DNA of 63,245 nt, filler included, from Octopus bimaculoides (GCF_001194135.2; 5 parts of 5 records of this genome joined end to end with filler, not necessarily neighbours in it), one strand, 5' to 3'. Shown: positions 1-12,114, counted from the whole stretch's first letter. Made by a program: numbers and translations. The notes: a model not told the origin generated them from the letters alone.

Positions 1-9
1 CTGTGTTAC

Positions 10-99
10 CATCTCAGCCATCTGCACATCTGTTGAATATCCAAAATCTTTGCTAAACCTAATTTTTGAATATGCTGAAGTCTTGAATTTTGGCCCCTC
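10..99 (-). CDS. Candidate internal coding exon of an unidentified minus-strand gene
   Basis: Strong acceptor TTTTCTCCTTCTTTTAG ending at 100, then open frame EGPKFKTSAYSKIRFSKDFGYSTDVQMAEM and a possible GTAACA donor at 9; the frame also stays open to the window edge. Protein not recognised. Confidence 0.35.
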
Positions 100-199
100 C
101 TAAAAGAAGGAGAAAATCTGAGCAGAATCTACATATTTGGACAAATAATAACAATAATTCTTTTCTAACATAATGATAATTTCTTTTACACAAAATAGC

Positions 200-259
<60 letters not shown>

Positions 260-377
260 CCTTTCTATTAAAGGCACAAGGCCTGAATTTTTTTTTTTTG
301 TGGGGTTCTAATTGATTACATCAACCCTAGTGTTTCACTGGTACTTAATTTATGGAACATGTAATAGACTTTATTGG

Positions 378-419
378 GCACAACACATGTTTTGACCCAT
401 TCTGGGTCTCTTCAGGTAC
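378..419 (-). ncRNA. Degenerate minimal type-I hammerhead motif (PLE pseudo-LTR type)
   Basis: Minus strand reads GTAC-CTGAAGA-GACCC agaat GGGTC-aAAA-C atgt G-TT-GTGC, followed by AATAAA. Stems I, II and III form; G12 is replaced by A. Confidence 0.55.
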
Positions 420-659
420 ATCAATAAAAAGTCTCACTAGAGATTTCTTGACTCAGCTTACATACCGCTATATATCTATCAAATTTGAGAATGAGTAAAA
501 TCAGAGAAGAATTATTGTACAATTTCTCCATTCATACATTATATATTATGACATTTATTTCAATTAATTATTCTGCATTTTATTACATTAATTAAGAAAA
601 TATGAAGTACGCCATAATAATAATATAGTAATCTTATATAATTTTAATTTATAAATACC

Positions 660-1692
660 TTGTACGATATTCCAGCTGTTTATGGCTGGCTAAGATCATC
701 CTTCCCAGAGTGCAGTGGGACATTGACGTCTTGCTGGGGTTCAGCGTCTTGACCAGGCCGACCAAGGTGAAGGACTCAACTACATGCAGTGGTAGCATGT
801 TGTCAACAAACAGGTCTACAATCCTTCTGCCCACCATAGGCTGACAGATACCAGTGTCAGCAGTTTGGGCAAATGCCATGTCAATGCTGGGCTGGTGTGC
901 TTTCTTTGCACATGGCTGTGATGATTGGCTACTGGCACTGCTACCAGAAGATTGTCTGTTTTTCCACAGAAAGAGGCAGCCTTGATCCTCTCCTCAAACT
1001 GGATGGCATGCATTGGGTCTTTCCTCTTGACTTGCGACATCAAGTTGTGGAAGCTTGCCGCTTGTCCCTTGATGGTAATCTCCTTGGGCTGGCACATGAC
1101 ACACCGGAAGTACAGGATTTTGGCATTCCTCTTAGCCCTTTACATAAGGACAAAGTAGTCCTCAATGTAGGGTCATGAATTCTGAGACTCCTGACCCTCA
1201 ACCTGAGCGATCTCTGCCTCACACACAGCTGTTACAAACTCTCCAACAGGCCCTTCATCCTCAGGCTGAACAAAACGTCTTCACCTTCCATGACAATAAG
1301 CAATTACTTGATAAGCTGATAATGTATACTGCTGTTGCTGACACTGTAAGACTGTCTGTAATGTGACAACGTTGTAAGTGAACACAACTCAGAACTGCAG
1401 AATTACACAATGCTTCTCAGCTAGCTGCTGCTGCATTGACCGATTATGTCTTGTCACATGTATATGTAGTCAGCAACAGCATGCCTGACGGACTCTTCAA
1501 GACGTACCCACAACAGACAGAAACAAATGTATGAATTTTGTTAGCGAATTTAAAGTTAGCGGAACTATATTTAGTGGAAGCTAATTGGTCTGCTAATGAT
1601 TTCCAATGTTAGCAAAAACGCTAATCCACTAAATGAAAAGTTAGCTTTGCTAATCTGCTGTTAGCAGATTAACAGAACCATGCCCACCACTG
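660..1692 (-). mobile_element. Truncated hAT DNA transposon: one terminus plus decayed BED-finger transposase N-terminus
   Basis: Terminus CAGTGGTGGGCA at 1692-1681 and about nine TTAGC/GCTAA subterminal repeats (1540-1670). Decayed peptide *PYIEDYF...YFRCVMCQPKEITIKGQ..SFHNLMSQVKRKDP (BED finger) and IVDLFVDNMLPLHVVES...LNPSKTSMSHCTLGR. Contains stops; the other terminus was not found. Confidence 0.85.
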
Positions 1693-1827
1693 TATATATA
1701 TATATATATATATATATATNNNNNNNNNNNNNNNNNNNNNNNNNNNNNNNNNNNNNNNNNNNNNNNNNNNNNNNNNNNNNNNNNNNNNNNNNNNNNNNNN
1801 NNNNNNNNNNNNNNNNNNNNNNNNNNN

Positions 1828-2098
1828 GTGCAGGTGGCACGTAAAATAAACCATTTTGAGCATGGCTGTTGCCAGTACTGCCTGACTGGCCTTTGTGCTG
1901 GTGGCACATAAAAGCACCCATTACACTCTCGGAGTGGTTGGCGTTAGGAAGGGCATCCAGCTGTAGAAACTCTGCCAAATTAGATTGGAGCCTGGTGTTG
2001 CCATCCGGTTTCACCAGTCCTCAGTCAAATCGTCCAACCCATGCTAGCATGGAAAGCGGACGTTAAACGATGATGATGATGATGATGATGATGATGAT
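1828..2098 (+). mobile_element. SINE-A (GAT-tailed family)
   Basis: GGCGTTAGGAAGGGCATCCAGCTGTAGAAAC core through GGAAAGCGGACGTTAAAC(GAT)n, matching other copies in the window. Confidence 0.85.
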
Positions 2099-3253
2099 AT
2101 ATTATGTACTCACACACACAACATGCTTCTTTTAGTTTCTGACTATGAAATCTTCTCATAAGGTTTTTGTTGACCATAATAGAAACCACTTGCTCAAGGT
2201 GCTATAGAATGAGGCTAAAGACAAAACCAAATAATAATGAAATGAACTTGCTAACCCCACACAAGCATTACTGCACCTAAAGCACGTTGTAAAATGCTAA
2301 ATGCCAGTTTCATGTTATAAAGCAGATTTGGGATAAATAAATAAATATATTTTTTGCTGCCACTGGACAGGAGACTTGTCTATTGTAAGAATGAAATTTG
2401 GGGATACAGAGAGAAAACAACCAAACCAAAAAATCACACCCCCACCTCTCGAAAAACAACTGAATACTAGATGTTAGATATTATAAAATACTAGTATCCA
2501 GCTGTGAAATCTATATTTAAAACAGTACATACAATATTTCAGAGAGTTAAACAAGGTTTAAGTTAAGCCACCACACATAACAACAACAACAGTGACAGCA
2601 ACAACAACAACAACAACAACAAGAAAAGAAACAAAACAAAAACATTAAAAAAAATTCTAAAAATATTTTGAAAATTTAGAAAAATGGAATTGGGAAAAAA
2701 ACCCAACAAAAATGTAATTTGAATAAGGAAAAAACAAACTATAAAATTTGATTTCCTGTTCATGTGTTTAGTCATATTTTCTAGGTTAATTTCCCTCCTG
2801 GGTATCCAGAAAAACGTATTAATATTGTGGAAGAAATTAAATATATACGTATTCTATGTTTTGTTTCATGAACTGCATAAAACAGACATTTTGAATACAA
2901 ATATTTTATTTTATTTTGAGGTTCACTGATTAGGCTGTTTACTGTTCAGTGTTTACGATTTTCCCTGTTTAAAGATTTGGTTATTCTGTTATGATTTTGT
3001 AATTTACATTCTGGTGATTGTGATTTACTGTCATCATTCAATTTTGGTATCGATGCAGGCATATATACACATGCATGCAATGTATACATACATACATACA
3101 TACATACATACATACATACATACATACATACATACATACATGCATTCGTATGAACATACGTTCATACGTATGTACATACATGCATGCATACATATATACA
3201 TGCATATATACATGCATGCATACATGCTATTATGCACACACACACACATATAT

Positions 3254-3490
3254 CATCATCATCATCATCATCATGTTCATCATTTAGTATGTCTTCCATG
3301 CTGACAAGGGTGGGACAGTTCAACAGAATTTAACTAGCTGGAATACAGCATCGCACTCCATTGTCTCCTTTGGCATGGTTTCTATGGCTTGATGCCATTC
3401 CTAATGACAATCGCTTTACAAAGTGTACTGTGTGCTTTTTCTGTGGCACCAGCATTAATGAGGTCACCAAGTAACTTGCAAGACCAAGAC
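3254..3490 (-). mobile_element. SINE-A, older diverged copy
   Basis: (CAT)n then TCTTCCATGCTGACAAGGG...GATGCCATTCCTAATGACAATC, a degenerate match to younger copies. Confidence 0.6.
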
Positions 3491-3587
3491 CAAGTCCTCA
3501 CATAAATGAAGGCACAGTAGAGAGGGAGGCAGCTTTATGCCAAGTATTGAATGCTCAAAGTATGATACACGGACAATAACAGGTATT

Positions 3588-4130
3588 ATCATCATCATCA
3601 TCATCATTTAACATCCACTTTCCATGCTGGCATGGGTTGGACGATTTGAGTGAGGACTGGCGAACCAGATGGCTCCAATGTGATCTGGCAGAGTTTCTAC
3701 AGCTGGATGCTCTTCCTAACGCCAATCACTCTGAGAGTGTAGTGGGTGCTTTTACATGCCACCGGCATGAGGGCCAGTCAGGCGGTACTGGCAATGGCCA
3801 TGCTCAAAATGGTGTTTTTTACGTACCACCTGCACAGGAGCCAGTCCAGTGGCACTGGCATTGACTTCGCTTGAATGATTTTTCACATGCCACCGGCACA
3901 AGTGCCAGTAAGGTGACACTGGTAGTGATGACGCTGAAATGGTGCTATTTACATGCCACTGGCACGGAAGCCAGACAGCTGCTCTGGCAATGATCACGCT
4001 CAAACGGTGCTCTTAGCGCTCCACTGGCACTGGTGCCAGTCATCAAATTTAGTTCAATCACGATTTTGATTTCCCTTACCCCAACAGGTCTTCGCAAGCC
4101 GAGTTTAGTGTCCAATGAAGGAGAGGTTGG
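3588..4130 (-). mobile_element. SINE-A with internal degenerate tandem array
   Basis: Same tail and core as the 6393 copy, followed by several diverged TGCCAC(C/T)GGCAC...GCCAGT subunits (3757-4040). Confidence 0.8.
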
Positions 4131-4782
4131 CATGGGAGCCAGTCATCAAATTTGGTTCGACGAGGGTGGGAGAGAAATAATGATAGTGGTGATGAGGTGT
4201 CAGGCTGTTTTCTCAAGGTAAACAATGAGGATGTGAAAGGATATGAACTGAGGATAAGAAGGGTGGGCAAATTTATAAGGAGAGGGATACATATATACAC
4301 ATACGCATATTCTTTTATTCTTCTATTCTCTTACTGGTTTTAGTGATTAAAATATGGTGATGCTAGGACATAGTCCTCAAGGGTTTTTGTAGATCCTATC
4401 GACTTCGGAGCTTAATTCAAGTTTGGTTTTTATTCTATTAATCTTTGCATGTTATATTTATGTGTCATAAATAGACACAGCATAACCAAGAACACATACA
4501 CACATGCATACATGCAATACACACACATATATTTGAATACATACATAAGCACAAACACACATATGCATTAATAGATACGTATATACGTACATGCATACAT
4601 ACATACATAGATGCATGCTTACATACATACACGTGATGTGAGAATGAGAGGTGTGAGGTGTTCCCAGATATAAAGCAGTGTGTTAGCATGAGTTAAGATG
4701 TCAAGAAAATGCGTGTACAGAATCATAGCAGTGTACTTGTCCTCACAGATACAGCTTAAAATTAAAAAAATAATAAAATAAG

Positions 4783-4990
4783 CCTTGAAATGTAACTATG
4801 AAAGGATTCTGAATGAAGGGAATGTATAAGAAAGGCTCTACCCCAAGTAGACATAAAGAGGGACCAACTATTGAAGCTGACAGCTGTACGATCAGAAGAG
4901 TTTTGATACATATGAAAGCAGAGAAGGAGGCTAGACCTTTATGGACAGGTATTGAAATGATGGAAATGCATGACAAAGTTGGCACAGGTT
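4783..4990 (+). mobile_element. RTE-clade LINE ORF fragment (endonuclease-RT linker), decayed
   Basis: Frameshifted ALKCNYERILNEGN and EGPTIEADSCTIRRVLIHMKAEKEARPLWTGIEM, resembling the RTE W.CHYERLLNE...EGP...KAI..MK.GKA.GP.GI..EM region. Confidence 0.6.
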
Positions 4991-4999
4991 TGACTGTGT

Positions 5000-5165
5000 G
5001 GTTAAGAAGTTTGTTTTGTGACCAACCTCATGGCTTCTGGTTCAATCTCACTGTGCAGCATCTTGATAAGTGTCTTCTATGATAGTCTTGGGCTGACCGA
5101 AACCTTGTTGGTGGATTTAGTAGACAGACACTGAAAGAAGCTTGTAGTGTATTTATATGTGTGTA
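5000..5165 (+). mobile_element. SINE-C 5' half (tRNA-like head plus CORE-like block), CpG-decayed
   Basis: TGTGTGGTTAAGAAG...AAGTGTCTTCTA...GAAAGAAGC aligns with intact copies at 32541 and 58977. Confidence 0.7.
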
Positions 5166-5177
5166 TATATGTTGGTA

Positions 5178-5457
5178 GGTAGGAGCACTCCGTCAGTTGC
5201 GACGACGAGGGTCCCAGCTGATACGATCAACAGAACAGCTTGCTTGTAAAATTAACATGCAAGTAGCTGAGCACTCCACAAACACGTGTACCCTTAACAT
5301 AGTTCTCAGGGAGATTCAGCATGACACAGAGTGTGATAAGGCTGGCCCTTTGAAATACAGGTACTACTCATTTTTGCCAGCTGAGTGAACTGGAGCAGTG
5401 TGAAATAAAGTGTCTTGCTCAAGGACACAACGCACTGCCGAGAATTGAACTCGCCAT
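5178..5457 (-). mobile_element. SINE-D (tRNA head, CORE-like GTCCTTGAGCAAGACACTT)
   Basis: Reverse-complement match to the copy at 49066-49370. Confidence 0.8.
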
Positions 5458-5929
5458 GCGCCTTCACCTATATATATGTACACATGTGTATGGATATGTG
5501 TTTGTGTGTGCTTGCATGAGTGTGTGTGTGTTTGCATGAGTGTGTGTGTGTTTGCATGAGTGTGTGTGTGCTTTTTGTTTCCTTGTCTTGATATTGTGTG
5601 TTATCATTCAAGCAATCTTGTTCATTTGCAATCTGCCATGAAAACATATCCAGCCAATGTAGTACTGGATAAATCATTGAACAAAATAAGCACATTCTTG
5701 GGGCATCGGGGGAAGTGAGAGAACCACAGAAATGGTAAATGTTTTACAGCACAAAAGAAATCTCTTTAAAACTTGCTAAAATAATATTTGAAGTGGTTTA
5801 TATGATTGGAAATATAACTATCAGATGTGTTACATAAGATTGATTTTTAAGAACTGATCAAAGACTTTGCAATTAATAAATTAGGAGAAAATTTTTCAAA
5901 TATAAATAAAATGGAAGTTATCATAATTG

Positions 5930-6250
5930 TCATCATTTAACATCCATTCTCCATGCTGGCATGGGTTGGATGGTTCGGCCAGAACTGGCAAGCGAGAAAG
6001 CTATACTAGGTTCCAGCCTGATTTGACTTGGTTTCTATGATTAGATACCCTTCCTAGCGCCAACCACTTTACAGAATGTGCTGGGTGCTTTTTACGTGCC
6101 ACCAGCAGAGGGGTTTTATGAGGACCAGCATGGGTGCTTTTTACAGAGACTGGAACTGGTGCCTTTTATGTGAACCAGAGTAGGTACGTTTTATGTGGAC
6201 TGGTAAAAGGGCTCTCAAGGTAAAAACCTCTTCAGCAGGGAGAGGAGCAT
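5930..6250 (-). mobile_element. SINE-A diverged copy
   Basis: CATTTAACATCCATTCTCCATGCTGGCATGGG...CCCTTCCTAGCGCCAACCAC...TTTTACGTGCCACC. Confidence 0.7.
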
Positions 6251-6392
6251 TAATAATTCTGATGAGGGGGAAGGGGTGGGTTTTCTTAAGCACAGTAAGG
6301 CACTAGATATTTTGGCCCGTTGTTATCTCCTTTGTAAGGCTCAGTGTCTTGAAATCAGCATAGAAAATCTGTTTCAATATATAAGTTGTATA

Positions 6393-6852
6393 CATCATCA
6401 TCATCATCATCGTTTAACGTCCGCTTTCTATGCTAGCATGGGTTGGACGATTTGACTGAGGACTGGTGAAACCGGATGGCAACACCAGGCTCCAATCTGA
6501 TTTGGCAGAGTTTCTACAGCTGGATGCCCTTCCTAACGCCAACCACTCAGAGAGTGTAGTGGGTGCTTTTACGTGCCACCGGCACGAGGGCCAGTCAGGT
6601 GGTACTCGCAACGGCCATGCTCAAAATGGTGCATTGTATGTGCCACCCGCACAAGAGCCAGTCCAGGGGCACTGGCAACGATCTCGCTCGAAAATCTTAC
6701 GAAGGCCAGTCAGGCGGTACTGGCAATGGCCACGCTCAAAATGGTGCATTGTATGTGCCACCCGCACAAGAGCCAGTCCAGGGGCACTGGCAACGATCTC
6801 GCTCGAAAATCCTACGAAGGCCAGTCAGGCGGTACTGGCAACAGCCATGCTC
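6393..6852 (-). mobile_element. Young SINE-A carrying a 115-bp tandem array (about 2.3 units)
   Basis: GGCCAGTCAGG recurs at 6589, 6704 and 6819 (period 115) with near-identical units. The tail and core differ from the 8209 copy at about 3 positions in about 150 nt. Confidence 0.9.
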
Positions 6853-7010
6853 TATACGTACATTGTAACTACTACTTCTTTTCCTACTACATATATCCAT
6901 CCCTCAATCCATCCATTCATCCATCCATCCATCTACATAAAACAAAACATTCAGATTTACACAAGCACTCACTCCAAATATTCACATACATACACACAGC
7001 TGTACACAAG

Positions 7011-7100
7011 TACCCTGTTGATGTTGAAATTCCAATGAAGGAGCCTTGGATCTCAGTTAGAAACTCACACTTTCTCTATTAGCAAGAAATCTAGAAATAT
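7011..7100 (+). repeat. Unclassified ~90-bp dispersed repeat (second copy 51093-51185)
   Basis: TACCCTGTT...GTTGAAATTCCAATGAAGGA..CTTGGAT...GTTAGAAAC...GCAAGAAAT..GAAAT at both sites, each preceded by CA/TACA-rich sequence. Confidence 0.65.
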
Positions 7101-7104
7101 AATT

Positions 7105-7360
7105 TAATAATAATGTCCATATATCTACTTCTCTGCACATCAGCCACAGTCATTTCCCTAATGGCAGTAAAGCTCTCTTTTCACCTAATTACTAAACCTT
7201 TAGTCTTTACCAAGTTTACTCTCAGAGTTCTTGATTCTAGCATTGGTTTTCATGCCTAGAAATTCTTCTCCAAGCCTTCCACAGACTCTGCTATACAGTC
7301 ATCAGTATATGGGAGTTCCCACAGAGAGCTGGTCTTAAACTTATGTTCAAAGGCATTCCA
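7105..7360 (-). mobile_element. RTE-clade LINE reverse transcriptase fragment
   Basis: Minus translation SLWELPYTDDCIAESVEGLEKNF*A*KPMLESRTLRVNLVKTK matches the RTE WELLYADD...GL(K/R)VN..KTK motif, followed by a decayed GKWPC..CR-like segment. Confidence 0.75.
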
Positions 7361-7609
7361 TTTCTGGCAATTTCATTTTTTTAATTATTTGAAAATAGTA
7401 TATCTAGGATAACTTCAAAACTCATTCCTCTTAATGGCTCTTTTACTGTTCCCTTTTTCTGTTTTGCCATGTTTTACTCTGTGTATGAAGCACGCACATT
7501 TTGGCTATAATCGCTGTCTTTCTTTACTTGGTTTATAGTTGCTTTCATAACCATATTTTCTGATGAGTTGTACTGCACAGAGACATTGATTACAATAATC
7601 TCAGTTTGA

Positions 7610-8086
7610 TGGACAAAATGTTTAGCAGCATTTCTCCTATTTTTGTTATGTTCTGAGTTCAAATTTTCTCAAGGTTATCAATGCCTTTCACCCTTTAGGA
7701 GTTAATAAAGTAATTACCAGATGAACACTGGGGTTGATGTAACTGATTGGACATCACCCATGAAAATTTTAGACCTTGTGCCAAGAGTAGAAAAAATATT
7801 GTTATCATTATTATTATTATTTTTGTTATTATTATTAAGGCAACAAACTGGCAGAACCGTTAGCATGCTGGGCAAAAGGCTTAGCAGTGTTTTGTCCATC
7901 TTTACGTTCTCAGTTCAAATTCTGCTGAGGTCACTGAGGTCGAGTTTGCCTTTCATCCTTTCGAGGTTGATAAATTAAATAACAATGAAACAGTGGGGTC
8001 GATGTAATTGATTATCCCCCTCCCCCAAATTTCAGGCCTTGTGCCTTTAGTAGAAAGGATTATTATTATTATCATCATCATTATTA

Positions 8087-8123
<37 letters not shown>

Positions 8124-8940
8124 CATTATTATCATCATCATTATTATTATTATTATCATCATTATTATTATTATTATTATCATCATTATTATTATTATTA
8201 TCATCATTACTACACTCTCTGAGTGGTTGGTGTTAGGAAGGGCATCCAGCTGTAGAAACTCTGCCAAATCAGACTGGAGCCTGGTGTTGCCATCCGGTTT
8301 CACCAGTCCTCAGTCAAATCGTCCAACCCATGCTAGCATGGAAAGCGGACGTTAAACGATGATGATGATGATGATGATGATTACTATTATTATTAAAGCA
8401 GTGAGCTGGTAGAATCATTAGCATGCAGGGGAAAATGCTTAGCAGCTGTTTGTCTGTCTTTATGTTCAAATTCCGCTGAGGTTGACTTTGCCTTTCATCT
8501 TTTCAGGGTCGATAAAATAACTACCAGTTGAGTGTTGGGTTGACATAATCAACTTACCTCCTTTCCCAGAACTGCTGGCCTTGTGCCAAAATTTGAAACC
8601 ATCATTATTATCATCACCTTTTGGGGTTAATAAAATAGGTACCAGTTAAGCACTGGGGTCAATATAATTGACTAGACCCCTTCTCCAAAATTTTAGGCCT
8701 CATTCCTACAGTAGAAAGTTTTATTATTATTTAAGGGAGATCTTTAGCACGCCAGGCAAAATGGTTAGCGGTATCTCACCTGTCGCTACGTTCTTAGTGC
8801 AAATTCCGCCGAGGTTGACTTTGCCTTTCATCCCTTTGAGGTCGATAAATGAAGTACCAGTAAAACACTGGGGTGGATGTAATTGATGAGTCCCCCACCC
8901 CCAAATTTCAGGCCTTGAGCCTATAGTAGAAAAGATTATT
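7610..8940 (+). mobile_element. Cluster of four or five SINE-B copies interleaved with (ATT/ATC)n and a SINE-A
   Basis: Repeated GAGCTGGCAGAA..GTTAGCA...GTTCAAATT...GAC TTTGCCTTTCATCC..GGTCGATAAA...AGTACCAG...GGCCTTG.GCC blocks. Confidence 0.75.
8209..8380 (+). mobile_element. SINE-A 3' portion with (GAT)n tail
   Basis: Near-identical reverse complement of 6393-6560. Confidence 0.9.
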
Positions 8941-9370
8941 TGAGGGAGATTTGTTGTCTATTTCTAGCAGTTCAAGCAACTACAGTGTAACCTCCTTGTT
9001 GGTTTGCAACTATAGTTGTGTTAGAGCTATGTACTTATGTGTATGTCTATGTATGTATAATATGTGTAGTAGTAGCAGTTGTAATTGTAGAAGAACTTGT
9101 TCAACTTACATAACAAGAGGTGTGAGTTTAGTGGGTCACTCAGTTTAGTTCACCATGTGACTGTGTCATGTGAGTGTATCATGTGACAGTTTGCTTCAAG
9201 GCTTCAGACAACTGCCCTTCATTGAACATATTTCCAATTCAACACACACACCAGCACACACACAAAAAAATGAACTGGTGATTATGTGTGTGTGTATGTG
9301 TATGTGTATAAGTATGTGTGTGTGTCTGTATGCGTGTACATATATATGTGTATGTATATATTTATATATT

Positions 9371-9405
<35 letters not shown>

Positions 9406-10137
9406 NNNNNNNNNNNNNNNNNNNNNNNNNNNNNNNNNNNNNNNNNNNNNNNNNNNNNNNNNNNNNNNNNNNNNNNNNNNNNNNNNNNNNNNNNNNNNNN
9501 NNNNNNNNNNNNNNNNNNNNNNNNNNNNNNNNNNNNNNNNNNNNNNNNNNNNNNNNNNNNNNNNNNNNNNNNNNNNNNNNNNNNNNNNNNNNNNNNNNNN
9601 NNNNNNNNNNNNNNNNNNNNNNNNNNNNNNNNNNNNNNNNNNNNNNNNNNNNNNNNNNNNNNNNNNNNNNNNNNNNNNNNNNNNNNNNNNNNNNNNNNNN
9701 NNNNNNNNNNNNNNNNNNNNNNNNNNNNNNNNNNNNNNNNNNNNNNNNNNNNNNNNNNNNNNNNNNNNNNNNNNNNNNNNNNNNNNNNNNNNNNNNNNNN
9801 NNNNNNNNNNNNNNNNNNNNNNNNNNNNNNNNNNNNNNNNNNNNNNNNNNNNNNNNNNNNNNNNNNNNNNNNNNNNNNNNNNNNNNNNNNNNNNNNNNNN
9901 NNNNNNNNNNNNNNNNNNNNNNNNNNNNNNNNNNNNNNNNNNNNNNNNNNNNNNNNNNNNNNNNNNNNNNNNNNNNNNNNNNNNNNNNNNNNNNNNNNNN
10001 NNNNNNNNNNNNNNNNNNNNNNNNNNNNNNNNNNNNNNNNNNNNNNNNNNNNNNNNNNNNNNNNNNNNNNNNNNNNNNNNNNNNNNNNNNNNNNNNNNNN
10101 NNNNNNNNNNNNNNNNTATATATATATATATATTTTG

Positions 10138-10457
10138 TGCCGGTGGTACGTGGAAAACAACATTCGAGCAAGGCTGTTGCCTGTGCCGCTGGACTGGCTC
10201 CTGTGCAGTTCACACGTAAAACCACCATTTGAGCGTGGCCGTTGCCAGTACCGCCAGACTGGCCCTCGTGCCGGTGGCACATAAAAGTACCCACTACACT
10301 CTTAGAGTGGCTGGCATTAGGAAGGGCATCCAGCTGTAGAAACTCTGCCAGATCAGATTAGAGCATGGTGCAGCCATCTGGCTCACCAGTCCCCAGTCAA
10401 ACTGCCCAACCCATGCCAGCATGGAAAGCAAACGTTAAACGATGATGATGATGATGA
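10138..10457 (+). mobile_element. SINE-A with short internal array
   Basis: GTGCCGGTGG(T/C)AC subunits, then the GGAAGGGCATCCAGCTGTAG core and (GAT)n tail. Confidence 0.85.
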
Positions 10458-10476
10458 TTATGCATATATATATGTA

Positions 10477-10555
<79 letters not shown>

Positions 10556-10701
10556 TTATATATATATTTATATATTCATATATTTATATATCTATACTAT
10601 ATATAAAACAGAGATGTGTGTGTAATCGCTTTTCATGTGTATGTGTAGTATTTATGCATATATATATATGTATATATATGCATATATATATTATATAAAT
10701 A

Positions 10702-10746
<45 letters not shown>

Positions 10747-11012
10747 AAAGTGTACAATGTTATATATCCATTGGCAGTTACCATATTTCATTCCATAACA
10801 GCTACCCCTGATGAGCACAGGGTTACATAATTGGACTGTTACCTAGCACTCTGTTGAACTACTAGGATGAAACCAATTGTTAAGATCAGCCATAATGGAT
10901 ATATAATACTGTACACTTCAATTAATATACTCACTCAGCTGACAGATATATGACCTATAGACTCTTAGACTCTTAGCTTACACACACAAATACATACATA
11001 CATACATACATA

Positions 11013-11050
<38 letters not shown>

Positions 11051-12059
11051 ATATACATATATATANNNNNNNNNNNNNNNNNNNNNNNNNNNNNNNNNNN
11101 NNNNNNNNNNNNNNNNNNNNNNNNNNNNNNNNNNNNNNNNNNNNNNNNNNNNNNNNNNNNNNNNNNNNNNNNNNNNNNNNNNNNNNNNNNNNNNNNNNNN
11201 NNNNNNNNNNNNNNNNNNNNNNNNNNNNNNNNNNNNNNNNNNNNNNNNNNNNNNNNNNNNNNNNNNNNNNNNNNNNNNNNNNNNNNNNNNNNNNNNNNNN
11301 NNNNNNNNNNNNNNNNNNNNNNNNNNNNNNNNNNNNNNNNNNNNNNNNNNNNNNNNNNNNNNNNNNNNNNNNNNNNNNNNNNNNNNNNNNNNNNNNNNNN
11401 NNNNNNNNNNNNNNNNNNNNNNNNNNNNNNNNNNNNNNNNNNNNNNNNNNNNNNNNNNNNNNNNNNNNNNNNNNNNNNNNNNNNNNNNNNNNNNNNNNNN
11501 NNNNNNNNNNNNNNNNNNNNNNNNNNNNNNNNNNNNNNNNNNNNNNNNNNNNNNNNNNNNNNNNNNNNNNNNNNNNNNNNNNNNNNNNNNNNNNNNNNNN
11601 NNNNNNNNNNNNNNNNNNNNNNNNNNNNNNNNNNNNNNNNNNNNNNNNNNNNNNNNNNNNNNNNNNNNNNNNNNNNNNNNNNNNNNNNNNNNNNNNNNNN
11701 NNNNNNNNNNNNNNNNNNNNNNNNNNNNNNNNNNNNNNNNNNNNNNNNNNNNNNNNNNNNNNNNNNNNNNNNNNNNNNNNNNNNNNNNNNNNNNNNNNNN
11801 NNNNNNNNNNNNNNNNNNNNNNNNNNNNNNNNNNNNNNNNNNNNNNNNNNNNNNNNNNNNNNNNNNNNNNNNNNNNNNNNNNNNNNNNNNNNNNNNNNNN
11901 NNNNNNNNNNNNNNNNNNNNNNNNNNNNNNNNNNNNNNNNNNNNNNNNNNNNNNNNNNNNNNNNNNNNNNNNNNNNNNNNNAGAGGCACATAAACCTAAC
12001 ACAGCAAGACTTGCATGCCAACAAGGGAGTCACAATGGATATATAACATTGTACACTTT

Positions 12060-12114
<55 letters not shown>

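Noticed and set aside
6436-6500. CTGAGGA-CTGGT-GAAA inside SINE-A, resembling a hammerhead core
   Set aside because: The five bases between the motifs cannot form stem II, and other copies (for example 3650) do not keep GAAA.
6589-6852. CRISPR-like array
   Set aside because: The units are contiguous with no unique spacers, the context is eukaryotic, and there are no cas genes.
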